Source: Candidatus Levyibacteriota bacterium (GTDB lineage: Bacteria; Patescibacteriota; Microgenomatia; Levybacterales; UBA12049). Taken from it: 64,000 nt of DNA. Shown here in pieces: positions 27,898 through 38,069 of this stretch. The DNA is taken from contig JBPOIT010000005.1 in assembly GCA_052034235.1 (NCBI GenBank), positions 113,698 to 177,697 on the forward strand, read 5' to 3'. A model generated the notes under the pieces. It was not told where the DNA came from. It made no database searches and worked only from the letters and a program-made list of their open reading frames with translations. The translations under genes and the position numbers were made by a program. Numbering within the stretch: position 1 is the stretch's first letter; the number at the start of each line of letters is the position of its first letter.

Positions 27898-28719
27898 TTA
27901 AACGTACTCTTCGCTACAGATGGCTTCTACTTCGGCGATGACTCTGTCTCGTTCTTCTTGAGTTAATGCGAGCATGTCCAGAACTGTTTTATCCCGCTGA
28001 ATATCCTTGCAGAGGACGACGTGATTTTGCAGGAGTGTAGCTTTTTGAGATTGACTGAGGTTGTGAATTACGGTGATCGGATGCAATCTGGCAGTTTCAA
28101 TTAAATCCCGAAGGCTTCCTCCACTCTCTGGATAACTCCAACTTATCACTTTCATACCCATGCATTCAGCATAAGTAATTGCATCAATTGTCGCTTTGGT
28201 ATTGGTCACAAGCCAAACATCCTGAAAATTCTGATTCGTTTGGACATCTTCAAATCTCGCAAACGTATAGAGTGCAACTTGTACTTCAGAGCGAGTTCCT
28301 GAACTATTATGAAATTTGAGCTCAATCATTGATGCTTTACCTTCTTTTTTGGCTATGACATCAACCTCATGCGAAACACACCTGCCGCGAAGGATTTGAC
28401 GAACTTGTGTTGTATAGCCATGTGCTTCAAGAATTCTTGCCACGAAATCTTCGAAGGGATAACCTGTCGGACCGAGCATCATAATTGATTCCTTCAGGCT
28501 ATAACGGGCGCGGACAAACGGTTGTGAAGAGTTACCTAGAAATTCCAGAATATGCCTATATATTTCCTCCGTTGAGATACCTTCATATAATTTTGACTTT
28601 ACATGTGCGAGGACTTCGTCGTGAAGTGAATTTGGAATCCGTGCTCTACGGATTGAATTCATAACTTTCTGCTCGTTGAATGCTTCTTTTTCACCTGTTG
28701 CCTTAATAACAGTAGTCAT
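27898..28719 (-). CDS. ATP-cone domain fused to PD-(D/E)xK (Mrr_cat-like) restriction-endonuclease-fold domain
   Basis: N-terminal TTVIKATGEKEAFNEQKVMNSIRRA (ATP-cone). Central HEVDVIAKKEGKASMIELK (D...ELK nuclease motif). Confidence 0.6.
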   Translation of the reverse strand: MTTVIKATGEKEAFNEQKVMNSIRRARIPNSLHDEVLAHVKSKLYEGISTEEIYRHILEFLGNSSQPFVRARYSLKESIMMLGPTGYPFEDFVARILEAHGYTTQVRQILRGRCVSHEVDVIAKKEGKASMIELKFHNSSGTRSEVQVALYTFARFEDVQTNQNFQDVWLVTNTKATIDAITYAECMGMKVISWSYPESGGSLRDLIETARLHPITVIHNLSQSQKATLLQNHVVLCKDIQRDKTVLDMLALTQEERDRVIAEVEAICSEEYV

Positions 28720-28762
28720 AGATTAAGTATAGACAATTTCACACAATTTCTAAATCCCACTT

Positions 28763-31207
28763 TTAAAGCTTTTCAAACACTGTGAATTCATCCTTTTGGA
28801 CAACAAGACGATATTTCGTATCAGCTGAGAGTTTTTTTACAAGTTCTTCTTCCTTTGCAAAGGATGGACCTTTTTCGGAGTTTGTGAGGAGAAAAACTAC
28901 TATATCAGCCTGCTCAGCACCTGTCGGAAGAACATAAATATCACGTCTATTTGAAAGATGTGCGCCAACGTTATTACTTGCCGCAACTTTCTTATCTGCG
29001 GGAATTGCAGCGAGAGTTCTATCTATCAATTCTCTATTTTTCTCGTGTTTGGTAAACATATCAAGATTAGGCTCTTTCGCACCAGGAAGCGGTCCATAGA
29101 GATATGCTGTGTTAACAGCGTTATAGAGAATGTAGAAAATTAACGCGACAAAAAGGGTTTTTCTCACAGTAATAAGTCGGAATCTCAAATGTGAATATCC
29201 GTAAGCTTTTGTAGCGAGTTTATTGATTACCCACATGCCGTAAATTGCAGCGATAAAAATGAAAGGTGTTATAGCAGCTGTGTACTGATAATAAATATAG
29301 TGAAGTTGTGCATTGTTACTCATGAGGTTAATCATGAGATCCGGACCCGCAAAAAGCAGCATCCAGGGAGCAAAGAGTGAGAGATATCCTAGTGGTGAGA
29401 AAAGCTGCCTGAGATACTTTGAGCGTTCTTCTTCCATAAAAAGCGCCAATACTTTATCTGGTGACAACACCATAGTTTTTATAACTTCTGCAGGCGAATC
29501 GCCAAAGTCAGCATAATAATTGAGTGCAAAATGAGACGTCGAACCAAGTGATTGCGGAATAGCATAGGACACCAAAAAGTAAAACATGCCGACAGAAACG
29601 AAAAACATCAAACTGCCGAAAATCCATTTTTTGTGATGTGCCATAAGAAATACACCAAAAATAGCCGTGATCGCCCAAATTTGTTCTTTACAAAAAGCCG
29701 CAAGAAGCGCAAATGTCACAAACCACACATATCGTTTTTGAAGGTAAAAATAAAATGTCCCCAACAGAAGTGCCGTTGCAAGTGCTGGTGCATGGAAATC
29801 ATAAATATTTACACGCTGCACGCTTGGATTAAGAAGATAAGCAAAGGCAAGTATTACACCTAACAATTGATGATTGAGCACCTTTTTTGTGATTAGAAAA
29901 ATAAAGTACGCACCTGCTGCAACAACGACAGTCTGAATCAACAAAATCATTCGTGGATCGGGCCAAACCCAATAAAATGGCGCTAGTAACACAAGAATGA
30001 AATCGGCATGAAAGGCAAGCCGGGAAACTTCATTGGTACTGTCTGGGTTGGTAAACTGAAAAATATTGCCCCGGGACGAATTCCAAACCGTTTGGGCCAT
30101 ATTGCCAAGATCAAACCTCCCCGCATAGAAATGATCGTATCTCAGAAAACTAACTGTTGCAAAGTAAATTGTATAAATACCTGCAAGCACAATCACAAAC
30201 GATTCGTAAGGATGCGCTGCAATCCATTTTTCTATTTTTTTAAGAGCTGGAATTTTTGCATTTAGCCAGACAAAACTGACACCAATAAACAACAACTCAG
30301 TTACAATACTCATTACCCTACTAAAAAGCGCGGCAAAAGCCCCAGCACCTGTCGTTAAAATAGTACTGAGTGAATAAATAAGGATTCCTTCTCTCACACC
30401 AAATCCTGCAGGAGTAACGATTGATAAAAATCCTGTCAAAAACGCAAAGACAAAAACACCAATAAGTTGAGAAACCAACCGAGGGTCAAGGAAAAAGATA
30501 GCACTGATAATAAAGTAATTACCCAAGCCAAAAAAGAAGAGTGCAAATGTACTAATTGTGATGAGCAATATATTTTCCTGCGGATGAAATTGCGGCAAAA
30601 GTATTTTAATACCATTTTTTCTAAGAATATGAAGTACGCTGCCTCCTGGATCTACCTGTGCTGTAAGTGATTTTTTGCCGGCAAATAGTGCTTGGTTGAA
30701 AACATAAATGAGTACACCAATTGTGACAATGAAGATAGCACCCCAACCAACAAGAGATGTAAATCCTCGGAGAAGAAATGGCAACGCTAAAAGTGAAACT
30801 ATAACACACCCAATGACAAAGAGTTCTACCTCAATCAACATTCCTTTAACAATGTCTTTTTTCTCAACATTTTTTTTGCTAAAAACGACAGCTCTGCCTA
30901 AAAATGCCCATACTTTCCCAGGAATGTAACGTTTCAGTTCAGACATACCCCAGAGATAGCTTGTCTCTCGAAGCGAAATTTCATAACCAAATCCTTTAAG
31001 AATACGTTGCCAAATAAAAGTCCTGAGGAAATAGTACAAAAGCAGACAGATTACGCCATAGAAAAATAATGTCGGGTTTAGCGTTTGAATACGTGGCAAA
31101 ATCGTCGGAGCTTGATCGTAAATGATTTTTCCGATAAAAAGAAATGCAATAACAGAAAGCGGCCACCCGACCGCAAATTTAAGAAATGAATACAGCCGAG
31201 TCTTCAT
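28763..31207 (-). CDS. large polytopic membrane protein: N-terminal UPF0104/flippase-like (LPG-synthase C-terminal-like) domain fused to DUF2079-like GT-C-type domain
   Basis: 814 aa, more than 20 predicted TM helices. N-terminal LRETSYLWGMSELKRYIPGKVW resembles the UPF0104 family. The C-terminal half resembles DUF2079 membrane proteins. Assignment is tentative. Confidence 0.45.
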   Translation of the reverse strand: MKTRLYSFLKFAVGWPLSVIAFLFIGKIIYDQAPTILPRIQTLNPTLFFYGVICLLLYYFLRTFIWQRILKGFGYEISLRETSYLWGMSELKRYIPGKVWAFLGRAVVFSKKNVEKKDIVKGMLIEVELFVIGCVIVSLLALPFLLRGFTSLVGWGAIFIVTIGVLIYVFNQALFAGKKSLTAQVDPGGSVLHILRKNGIKILLPQFHPQENILLITISTFALFFFGLGNYFIISAIFFLDPRLVSQLIGVFVFAFLTGFLSIVTPAGFGVREGILIYSLSTILTTGAGAFAALFSRVMSIVTELLFIGVSFVWLNAKIPALKKIEKWIAAHPYESFVIVLAGIYTIYFATVSFLRYDHFYAGRFDLGNMAQTVWNSSRGNIFQFTNPDSTNEVSRLAFHADFILVLLAPFYWVWPDPRMILLIQTVVVAAGAYFIFLITKKVLNHQLLGVILAFAYLLNPSVQRVNIYDFHAPALATALLLGTFYFYLQKRYVWFVTFALLAAFCKEQIWAITAIFGVFLMAHHKKWIFGSLMFFVSVGMFYFLVSYAIPQSLGSTSHFALNYYADFGDSPAEVIKTMVLSPDKVLALFMEEERSKYLRQLFSPLGYLSLFAPWMLLFAGPDLMINLMSNNAQLHYIYYQYTAAITPFIFIAAIYGMWVINKLATKAYGYSHLRFRLITVRKTLFVALIFYILYNAVNTAYLYGPLPGAKEPNLDMFTKHEKNRELIDRTLAAIPADKKVAASNNVGAHLSNRRDIYVLPTGAEQADIVVFLLTNSEKGPSFAKEEELVKKLSADTKYRLVVQKDEFTVFEKL

Positions 31208-31251
31208 TGGTGTATTGTATCTGTTTAGAAGGAATTTGTAAATTTAAAACC

Positions 31252-31896
31252 TTAGTTTGCTGATCCTGAACTATTTGGATCCGGGACAAGTACTGTTCCC
31301 TTACCTTCATAGGTGAATTTACGAGTTAACGTCCTCTCTTCTGACGTTGTAATGCTTTTAACACGAAGTTCAAATGATACTTGACCTTGTGGCAGATTAT
31401 AGAGTGCAACTGAGCGATCGTCATACCCAGACCAATTTCCGCCATTTATACTGTAAGACCAAGCAGCACCACAATATTCACTGTCATCATAGGCTATAGA
31501 GATAATCACTGGATTATCTGCTACTTTATCACTCTCTCCTGGCGTTGCAATACTAACAGGACCTATACCTTCTTTACAGGTTGCATCATCTTTTGGAGTA
31601 CTTGGTGTAATTATACTTTTCGGTTCAATAGGTGCTGCGAAGAAACCTCTACGCTGAGTATTATTAACTTCAGGTGTCGGGGTAGGTGTGGCATTAATTT
31701 TGGTTAAAGAGTTAATATTGAGAATACTAAGCGTTATCAGAACAGGAATACTTAAAATAGCTGTGACTAATTCAAAATAAGGTTTTTTCTGTACTATTTT
31801 TTTTGAAAGAGATTTTTTCTTACCTACTTTGCCGACCACTTTTTTGGTGGCTTTCTTGATTGGTTTTTTTGAAATGGGGTGGACAGATTTGGGCAT
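31252..31896 (-). CDS. hypothetical secreted/membrane-anchored protein (Lys-rich N-terminus + TM)
   Basis: KKPIKKATKKVVGKVGKKKSLSKK followed by a TM helix and an extracellular domain. No family recognised. Confidence 0.45.
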   Translation of the reverse strand: MPKSVHPISKKPIKKATKKVVGKVGKKKSLSKKIVQKKPYFELVTAILSIPVLITLSILNINSLTKINATPTPTPEVNNTQRRGFFAAPIEPKSIITPSTPKDDATCKEGIGPVSIATPGESDKVADNPVIISIAYDDSEYCGAAWSYSINGGNWSGYDDRSVALYNLPQGQVSFELRVKSITTSEERTLTRKFTYEGKGTVLVPDPNSSGSAN

Positions 31897-31959
31897 AAGA
31901 AATTATTGTTACTTACTTCATTGTAGAAAAGATCTTCTCTGTTTGTAAATAGATCAAGG

Positions 31960-33171
31960 TTACTCATACCTCAACGCTTCAATCGGCTGCATCTTGGCAG
32001 CTTTGCGAGCAGGATAATAACCAAAGGCAATCCCAACTGCTGCTGAAACACCAACCGCAATCAAAACAGCAGGGACACTGACAACAAATGGAATGTTAAC
32101 GGCTTGTGCAATAAGAAATGCTCCTCCAACACCAAGTAAAATGCCAATGATTCCGCCGCACACAGTCATAACAACTGATTCGATTAGAAATTGCATCATG
32201 ATATCTTTTTCTTTTGCACCAATCGCTTTTAACAAACCAATTTCTTTTGTACGCTCAGTGACTGAAACGAGCATAATATTCATAACCCCAACGCCGCCGA
32301 CAACAAGTGATATACCTGAAATCGCTGCAATCATCGTCGTGAGAAGCCCTGTAATTGTTTGTACCGTTGTAAGGATGTCTTGTGCACTAGTAATCTGAAA
32401 ATCATCCTTATCATCCTCTTCGATGCTGTGTCGATCACGAAGCAGCACTTTCACATCTTCCATAGTTTGTTCAATTTGCTCTTCGTTATGCACACTGACA
32501 TCGATTTCCTGAATAATATCACTGCCCGAAAATTCATTAAAGACAATTTCAATCGGCATATAAATTGATTGGTTTAATCTATTTCCGGCAAGCGCGCTAT
32601 CAGATTTGGTCACACCAATAACCCGAAAAGGGGTATTGTCTATACGTATCCGGTCGCCAACCGGATCTGTATCTTTGCCGAAAAATGTTTCGGCAACTTC
32701 TGAGCCAAGTACAACGACGCGCTCTGAAGTTAATTCTTCTTCTGTGCTTATAAATGTCCCATAAAGAAGTTCTATTCTAAAAATATCAAGCATTTCAGGG
32801 GTTATGCCATAAATAGTGATACTTTCTTCCTCTTCGTTGGCAGATACTTTTTTTGTTGTCAGTGCTATTGGAGCAACAAGATTAACGTTGGTTAAAGATG
32901 TATCAGTTTTGATCGCTTCCACATCATCCAAGGTCAATGTGTTTGATCCGGCAACCGAACTAAAGATACTTTCTCCAGGGTTAATCTGGAAATAATCAGT
33001 CCCAAAACTTGAAAGCTCGTCTGTTATAAATTTGACTGCTCCTTGTCCCAAAGACACAATCAGAATAACTGAAGTGATACCGATAATAATCCCCAACGTT
33101 GTCAGTGCTGTACGCATGACATTGTTTCTGAGGGTTTGCAGTGCTGTTTTAACAATTTCTAAATAATCCAT
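31960..33171 (-). CDS. ABC transporter permease, MacB/FtsX family
   Basis: N-terminal TM, large periplasmic MacB_PCD-like domain, C-terminal FtsX 3-TM bundle (IGLLKAIGAKEKDIMMQFLIE). Confidence 0.8.
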   Translation of the reverse strand: MDYLEIVKTALQTLRNNVMRTALTTLGIIIGITSVILIVSLGQGAVKFITDELSSFGTDYFQINPGESIFSSVAGSNTLTLDDVEAIKTDTSLTNVNLVAPIALTTKKVSANEEEESITIYGITPEMLDIFRIELLYGTFISTEEELTSERVVVLGSEVAETFFGKDTDPVGDRIRIDNTPFRVIGVTKSDSALAGNRLNQSIYMPIEIVFNEFSGSDIIQEIDVSVHNEEQIEQTMEDVKVLLRDRHSIEEDDKDDFQITSAQDILTTVQTITGLLTTMIAAISGISLVVGGVGVMNIMLVSVTERTKEIGLLKAIGAKEKDIMMQFLIESVVMTVCGGIIGILLGVGGAFLIAQAVNIPFVVSVPAVLIAVGVSAAVGIAFGYYPARKAAKMQPIEALRYE

Positions 33172-33172
33172 A

Positions 33173-33865
33173 TTATTTTTTCTTATCTACCTTTATTGTA
33201 CCGTCCACCAAACGTATCACTCTTCTCGCGTATTTGGCTATATCTTCTTCATGAGTAATGATTATGATTGTTTTCCCCTCTTTATTTAAACGTCTAAAAT
33301 ATTCCATGATTTCATAGGAAGTTTTTGTATCAAGATTTCCGGTTGGTTCATCTGCTAGGATAATCGCAGGATCCATCACAATTGCCCGTGCTATTGCAAC
33401 ACGTTGTATCTGACCACCTGAAATTTTATTCGAAAGGTTATTGGCCTTGCTTGCTATTTGAACAAGTTCTAAAGCTGCCATCGCTCGCTTCTCACGTTCT
33501 TCTTTTGGAACCCCACCGTATATCATTGGTCGCTCAACATTTTTTAAAACGGAAGTTCTTGAAAGTAAATTAAATGATTGAAACACAAAACCTATTTCTT
33601 TGTTTCGAATTTCAGCAAGCTGATCACTTGTGTAACTGGAAATATTTTTTCCCTTAAGAAGATATTTCCCGGTTGTCGGCGTATCAAGAGCTCCGAGTAT
33701 ATGCATCATGGTTGATTTGCCGCTTCCTGACGGACCCATAATCGCCACAAATTCTCCCTGATTTATAGTAAGTGAGATACCGTTAAGTGCTTGATAGAAC
33801 TCACCTTCTGCTAGGGGATACTGTTTTGTAACATTCTCGAGTTTAATAAGGGGAACATTCGCCAT
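33173..33865 (-). CDS. ABC transporter ATP-binding protein (MacB/LolD-type)
   Basis: [40 protein letters not shown]. Confidence 0.9.
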   Translation of the reverse strand: MANVPLIKLENVTKQYPLAEGEFYQALNGISLTINQGEFVAIMGPSGSGKSTMMHILGALDTPTTGKYLLKGKNISSYTSDQLAEIRNKEIGFVFQSFNLLSRTSVLKNVERPMIYGGVPKEEREKRAMAALELVQIASKANNLSNKISGGQIQRVAIARAIVMDPAIILADEPTGNLDTKTSYEIMEYFRRLNKEGKTIIIITHEEDIAKYARRVIRLVDGTIKVDKKK

Positions 33866-33867
33866 GA

Positions 33868-35163
33868 TTAGAAAAACCCTGACTGTTTCTTCACTTGTTC
33901 GTTTGAAAGCGCGGTAACAATCTCCTGACCTTCTGAAATGCCTTTTATAATTTGCGTCTTACTTTCACCTTTTATGCCGATTTGAACAGGGATATACTGC
34001 AGCTCTTTTGTTTTTGGATCAATAACTCTGACTGCTCTCCCACCTTTGTAAGGTTTTACTGCACTATTTGGAACAGATAGGACGTCATTTGCCTTATCAA
34101 CTTCGATATCAACATCAGCCGTCATGCCGGGTTTAATTCCACTGTCTGCATCATGAATGGACACAACGACATTGTAGGTAATAACATCCTGCGTATTTGT
34201 TCCAACCGCATCAACATGCGTAACAGAACCGTTGTACTTTTTACCAGCAAATGCATCAAGTACTATCGTTGCATGTTGTCCTTGTTTTACTTTGGGGATA
34301 TCAACTTCGTTAAGTGCAAGTTTTATGGAATAATCTGAAGACAAATTAGCAATCGTCAAAACTGGTGTACTTGCTGTTGCGCCCAAACCAAGAGTTGCGC
34401 TTGCTGAGAGTGCTGAGCTGCCGCCAGCTGTGACATTATCACCAATTGCCGTCGAAAGATTTGCAATTGTTCCTGTGGTTGGAGCTTTAACAACTGCGTT
34501 TTTTGTAGCCTGATATGCAAGCCAGGTTGCTGTTACTTGTGCTTTTGCAGCTACGACTGAAACGTCTGCTTCTTTATATGCTGTTTCTGCTGCTGTAAAA
34601 TCTTTTTCTGTTTGAACTGCTGACGCATCGACTGATTGCTCTTCAAGATCTTCATAATCATCTTTATGATCATCTTTTACTCGTTTTGCTTCCTTCGCAT
34701 TTAGTCGTAACTTCTGAGCACTCCACATAGCAGAATCCGCAGAGAGTTTCCCCTGTTCAGCTTTTTTCTGTGCGCTCAGCGCACTTTGATAGGAAGCATT
34801 CGCCGTTGCCTGTTCCTGCTCTGTTGCTGTACTTCTCACCTTAAAAAGTTGCTGGTTAAGTTCAACTGCGTCGCCATTTTGTACATAAAGTTCTTCGATA
34901 ACGCCAGTGGCAGTTGATGAAACATCAACCCGACCACCTGTACTGACATTACCAGTTTCAGAGACTAGTTGGACGATATCTTCTACTTTTGCAGCCTGTG
35001 TTTCGTAAGGAGGTTTAGCAGTAGCATTTTGAATTTGGGTTCCAATGATACTTCCGACGATAATAAGTGCAATGATTGCAAACACCTTATTGCGCCTACG
35101 AGTGCGCTTAAACCATCGAAAAGGCTTGAGGAGCAAATGAAAAATACGTATCAGAAAGGACAT
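33868..35163 (-). CDS. HlyD/MacA-family periplasmic adaptor (membrane fusion protein)
   Basis: N-terminal TM anchor, long Ala/Gln-rich coiled coil, C-terminal beta-barrel/lipoyl-like domains. Confidence 0.7.
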   Translation of the reverse strand: MSFLIRIFHLLLKPFRWFKRTRRRNKVFAIIALIIVGSIIGTQIQNATAKPPYETQAAKVEDIVQLVSETGNVSTGGRVDVSSTATGVIEELYVQNGDAVELNQQLFKVRSTATEQEQATANASYQSALSAQKKAEQGKLSADSAMWSAQKLRLNAKEAKRVKDDHKDDYEDLEEQSVDASAVQTEKDFTAAETAYKEADVSVVAAKAQVTATWLAYQATKNAVVKAPTTGTIANLSTAIGDNVTAGGSSALSASATLGLGATASTPVLTIANLSSDYSIKLALNEVDIPKVKQGQHATIVLDAFAGKKYNGSVTHVDAVGTNTQDVITYNVVVSIHDADSGIKPGMTADVDIEVDKANDVLSVPNSAVKPYKGGRAVRVIDPKTKELQYIPVQIGIKGESKTQIIKGISEGQEIVTALSNEQVKKQSGFF

Positions 35164-35261
35164 ATGATTATTATAGCAGTCCTTTCAATAGATATAAATG
35201 ACATTTATCACAAAGTCATTTTTTGTGTTTTGCAGCCCAGTTTGTTAAAATGGCAATACTC

Positions 35262-35334
35262 GCACCTGTAGCTCAGCGGATAGAGCACTTGGCTTCGAAC
35301 CAAGGGGTCGGGGGTTCGAATCCCTCCAGGTGTA
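35262..35334 (+). tRNA. tRNA-Arg (anticodon TCG)
   Basis: Acceptor GCACCTG / CAGGTGT, D-arm GCTC..GAGC, anticodon stem CTTGG / CCAAG with loop CTTCGAA (TCG), T-arm GGGGG-TTCGAAT-CCCTC, discriminator A. Confidence 0.85.
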
Positions 35335-35490
35335 CTATGCTCAAATCTACTCTTGTCATCTCAAGAAGCTAGAATTAGCATTGGGAAACAGGGACGATCA
35401 TATTAACTTTTTTCCGCCTGCAAGACGACTTTGCACTCCATGATTTTATCAGACTGAATCAATATTCACTAACCCCCGTCGAATCTGTCG

Positions 35491-36987
35491 TTGACAATCT
35501 TCAATAATATACTATATGATCTCGTTTTGTGTTGTCATAATATGACAACGTATATCTATATAGTGCAAGACATATTGTTTTTTTCACGCTTTTACTATAA
35601 TTTTATGACTAATAATTTAGAAATAAGTGCTTCAGCAGGTAAACAAATTTCGGGTACTTCTACTGGGAAACCAGGAGAAGTAATTCATCATAACCCAAAT
35701 TTGCTCCCAATAACTCAACGTATTCCTCAAATTGTCGCTGACGATGGATTGACTCCCCCACGAAGAGTCACTTATCAATACAATGATCTGTGTAATCTCG
35801 CTTGTGCTGGATGTTATGTTAGTGATTCGCTAAAAAAAGGCGGTAGAGTTTATGCAGAAAATAAAAAGAAAATAGTCTCCCCCGATCAATTTGAAGGTCA
35901 CCTGGATGCTTTAGGTCCAGGTATGGAGTCTTTTTACATGCTCGGAACTGAGGCAACAGTCACGCCGGACCAGTCGAGAAGGACTATGCAAACTGCTCGA
36001 GATCGTGGATTAGTGATATCAGCAGTCACAAATGCTGCCACTTTTCCTAGAAATTTTGATAGAACATTTAGTGTATTTGGACCTGAAGGACTCAGTAAAT
36101 TAGTTATTAGTGTCGATTCAGTTGACCCTGAAATTCATGACAAAATGAGAGGTAAAAAGGGTGCTCTAGCTGCTACTTTGGAGAATCTGGATAGATATGT
36201 TGGTGAAGGATATCAAATCAAAGCGCAAACAACAATTTTTGCCAGAAATTATGGTACAGTTCTCGAAACAGTGGAAACGTTATATGAAGAGCATGGCGTA
36301 AGGCGATTCGGATTTCATTGTGCATCACTTGAGGGTGTATCTGATGCAAAGCAAAAAGGTGTTGAACATGTAGATCCTTTAGCGTGGCGTGCTCTTTTTG
36401 ATCAATTAAACCAGTTTAAAGAAAGCCATACCAATCTTTCTGATCCTTCACAAAATATTACTGAAATTAATCTACCGTACATATATTTAACAGGACAGGA
36501 ATTGGAGACATACATCGGAGATCCTCAGCTTACAGATGAATATTTAGCACATCTTACAGAAGTCGAACGTGGTGTTGAAAAACCAATGCCATTTATTGCC
36601 TGTCCAAAAATCGCAACTGATGATCCATATATTTATGGTAATGATGGACCAAATGGTGTTGGTAGACTCGCACAATGTTGTATTCTTGCTGGCGGACATG
36701 AGAACATGCATCATGCCCAATATGACCCAGCTCAAAGAATATTTGTTGTAAATACTGATCCACAGACATCAGAGTTACACAAAATGAAAACATCTTCCTA
36801 TCTTTGTCCTGCGATGGACACAGCAACAGGAGGGCAAAAATCAGATAGAGTGATAACAGAAATCGGTGATTTATTCCATGTTTGCAGGTTTACGAGCAAT
36901 AATACATTACCCTATGCAGTCAATTCTGAAGTCGATTATGCAACACATTATGAAAGGTTTAGGATGCAATATAAGCTTGCCTCTTAA
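35491..36987 (+). CDS. radical SAM enzyme with large Cys-containing C-terminal extension
   Basis: CNLACAGCY (Cx3Cx2C). GTEATV (GGEP-like). ISVDSVDPEIHDKMRGKKGALAATLENL matches the MoaA/PqqE/AlbA-type rSAM core. The ~200-aa C-terminal region carries five additional Cys. The likely true start is ATG 35604 (MTNNLEISAS), because the first 38 codons of the listed ORF cover the operator and promoter. Confidence 0.75.
   Translation: MTIFNNILYDLVLCCHNMTTYIYIVQDILFFSRFYYNFMTNNLEISASAGKQISGTSTGKPGEVIHHNPNLLPITQRIPQIVADDGLTPPRRVTYQYNDLCNLACAGCYVSDSLKKGGRVYAENKKKIVSPDQFEGHLDALGPGMESFYMLGTEATVTPDQSRRTMQTARDRGLVISAVTNAATFPRNFDRTFSVFGPEGLSKLVISVDSVDPEIHDKMRGKKGALAATLENLDRYVGEGYQIKAQTTIFARNYGTVLETVETLYEEHGVRRFGFHCASLEGVSDAKQKGVEHVDPLAWRALFDQLNQFKESHTNLSDPSQNITEINLPYIYLTGQELETYIGDPQLTDEYLAHLTEVERGVEKPMPFIACPKIATDDPYIYGNDGPNGVGRLAQCCILAGGHENMHHAQYDPAQRIFVVNTDPQTSELHKMKTSSYLCPAMDTATGGQKSDRVITEIGDLFHVCRFTSNNTLPYAVNSEVDYATHYERFRMQYKLAS
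35531..35549. promoter_or_regulatory. operator-like perfect palindrome GTTGTCATA-A-TATGACAAC (GTTGTC-N7-GACAAC)
   Basis: 19-nt perfect inverted repeat about 55 nt upstream of the rSAM start codon. A partial half-site TTGACAA lies about 25 nt further upstream. Confidence 0.55.
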
Positions 36988-37028
36988 ACCAAGATTAAGC
37001 ACTCATTATAAAGAAGCCTTTAGATTTA

Positions 37029-38066
37029 CTATTGTTGAAACACTCCGCGCATGAATACGGGGTCAGCTTTCAGAGAACTTACATCTGTGCTCAATGCATA
37101 CACCGTCTGTTCTGGAACTCGATTAGATAATGTCGGCTCAAAAGGAGGCATGCTGCTTAATTTCCCATCAACAAACCTTCCTAGCCTTTCAGTATTAAGA
37201 TCGAGCGGATTGGTTGCTCTTGCTTTACATTTCATTTCTTCTTTATGATCTTCAAAAGGAAAACCATAAGTTCCCAGAATTAATGCAGAATCGAACGGTA
37301 ACTCGATAACATCATGCAGCGGAGATCCTATTTTTAAATCCGGATAGTTTACAGAAAAATAAGTAGCCATTCGTGCAATTTGTGTCGGTGATTGTTCAGG
37401 CCACAGTTGTCTTGCCTGGTTATCGGTATACCCCATAGCAACAACTCCTGCACCTAACTGACGAGCAGCCTGTGCGAGTGATTCTTCCATACCTATTTTA
37501 CATGATGAACAAAAACCAGGGTATCCTAATTGTTGCTCATCCGCTCTGGCAGGTTCTATTATAAATCCTTTATTTCTGGGTGAGAGATCCATATAATAAT
37601 GATCAGTTTCTGGATCAAATGTCTCTGATTGAAGTACGTTAGCAATTTTTCTCGCTTGTCTACGAGGAGCCTCAAGTTCATCACTAAAACCTGGTAAAGC
37701 GGTAACTAAATATGCTTTTCTGTCTGGCTGATCCCTGAAGAGATCAAGCGTTAAGGCAGCTATCGATGATGAATCTCTTCCTCCCGAAAAAGGAATCAAA
37801 ACTGCAGAAGTTTGTCCGTAAAATAATCCTAGCCGATCTAATGAACGTCTCTGTAAATCTCTGGCTCGTGCCGCCAATGCATCAGGGGATTGGACTAACG
37901 ATAGTGTGGCATCAACAATATCCTGTGGTAAATTTTTTGCTCTTATCTCATCTGCGTACGAGGGACTGCCTAGATGGGTTATTGTCCTGTTTAATTCAGT
38001 ATAACCTGTGTTTCTAACCAGAGAGCTATCTACTCCTTGAGATAATGGTATAAATTGTTCTGTCAT
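37029..38066 (-). CDS. asparagine-synthetase-like PP-loop ATP pyrophosphatase (adenylating domain only, no glutaminase domain)
   Basis: RRSLDRLGLFYGQTSAVLIPFSGGRDSSSIAAL (SGGxDS PP-loop) followed by TALPGFSDELEAPRRQARKIANVL, which parallels the AsnB segment SGGLDSS...VGLPGSPDLKAAQEVANHL. 345 aa. Confidence 0.7.
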   Translation of the reverse strand: MTEQFIPLSQGVDSSLVRNTGYTELNRTITHLGSPSYADEIRAKNLPQDIVDATLSLVQSPDALAARARDLQRRSLDRLGLFYGQTSAVLIPFSGGRDSSSIAALTLDLFRDQPDRKAYLVTALPGFSDELEAPRRQARKIANVLQSETFDPETDHYYMDLSPRNKGFIIEPARADEQQLGYPGFCSSCKIGMEESLAQAARQLGAGVVAMGYTDNQARQLWPEQSPTQIARMATYFSVNYPDLKIGSPLHDVIELPFDSALILGTYGFPFEDHKEEMKCKARATNPLDLNTERLGRFVDGKLSSMPPFEPTLSNRVPEQTVYALSTDVSSLKADPVFMRGVFQQ

Positions 38067-38069
38067 TAT

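Noticed and set aside
35491-38066. Interpretation of the rSAM/PP-loop pair as QueE/QueC (7-deazaguanine synthesis), suggested by nearby yhhQ/tgt
   Set aside because: QueC is ~230 aa with an N-terminal SGGxDS and a C-terminal Cys4 zinc site. Here the PP-loop is at residue ~94, the downstream sequence parallels AsnB (LPGxxD...AxxxAxxL), and only a CSSC pair is present. QueE is ~210-250 aa, whereas this rSAM is ~460 aa with a Cys-rich extension.
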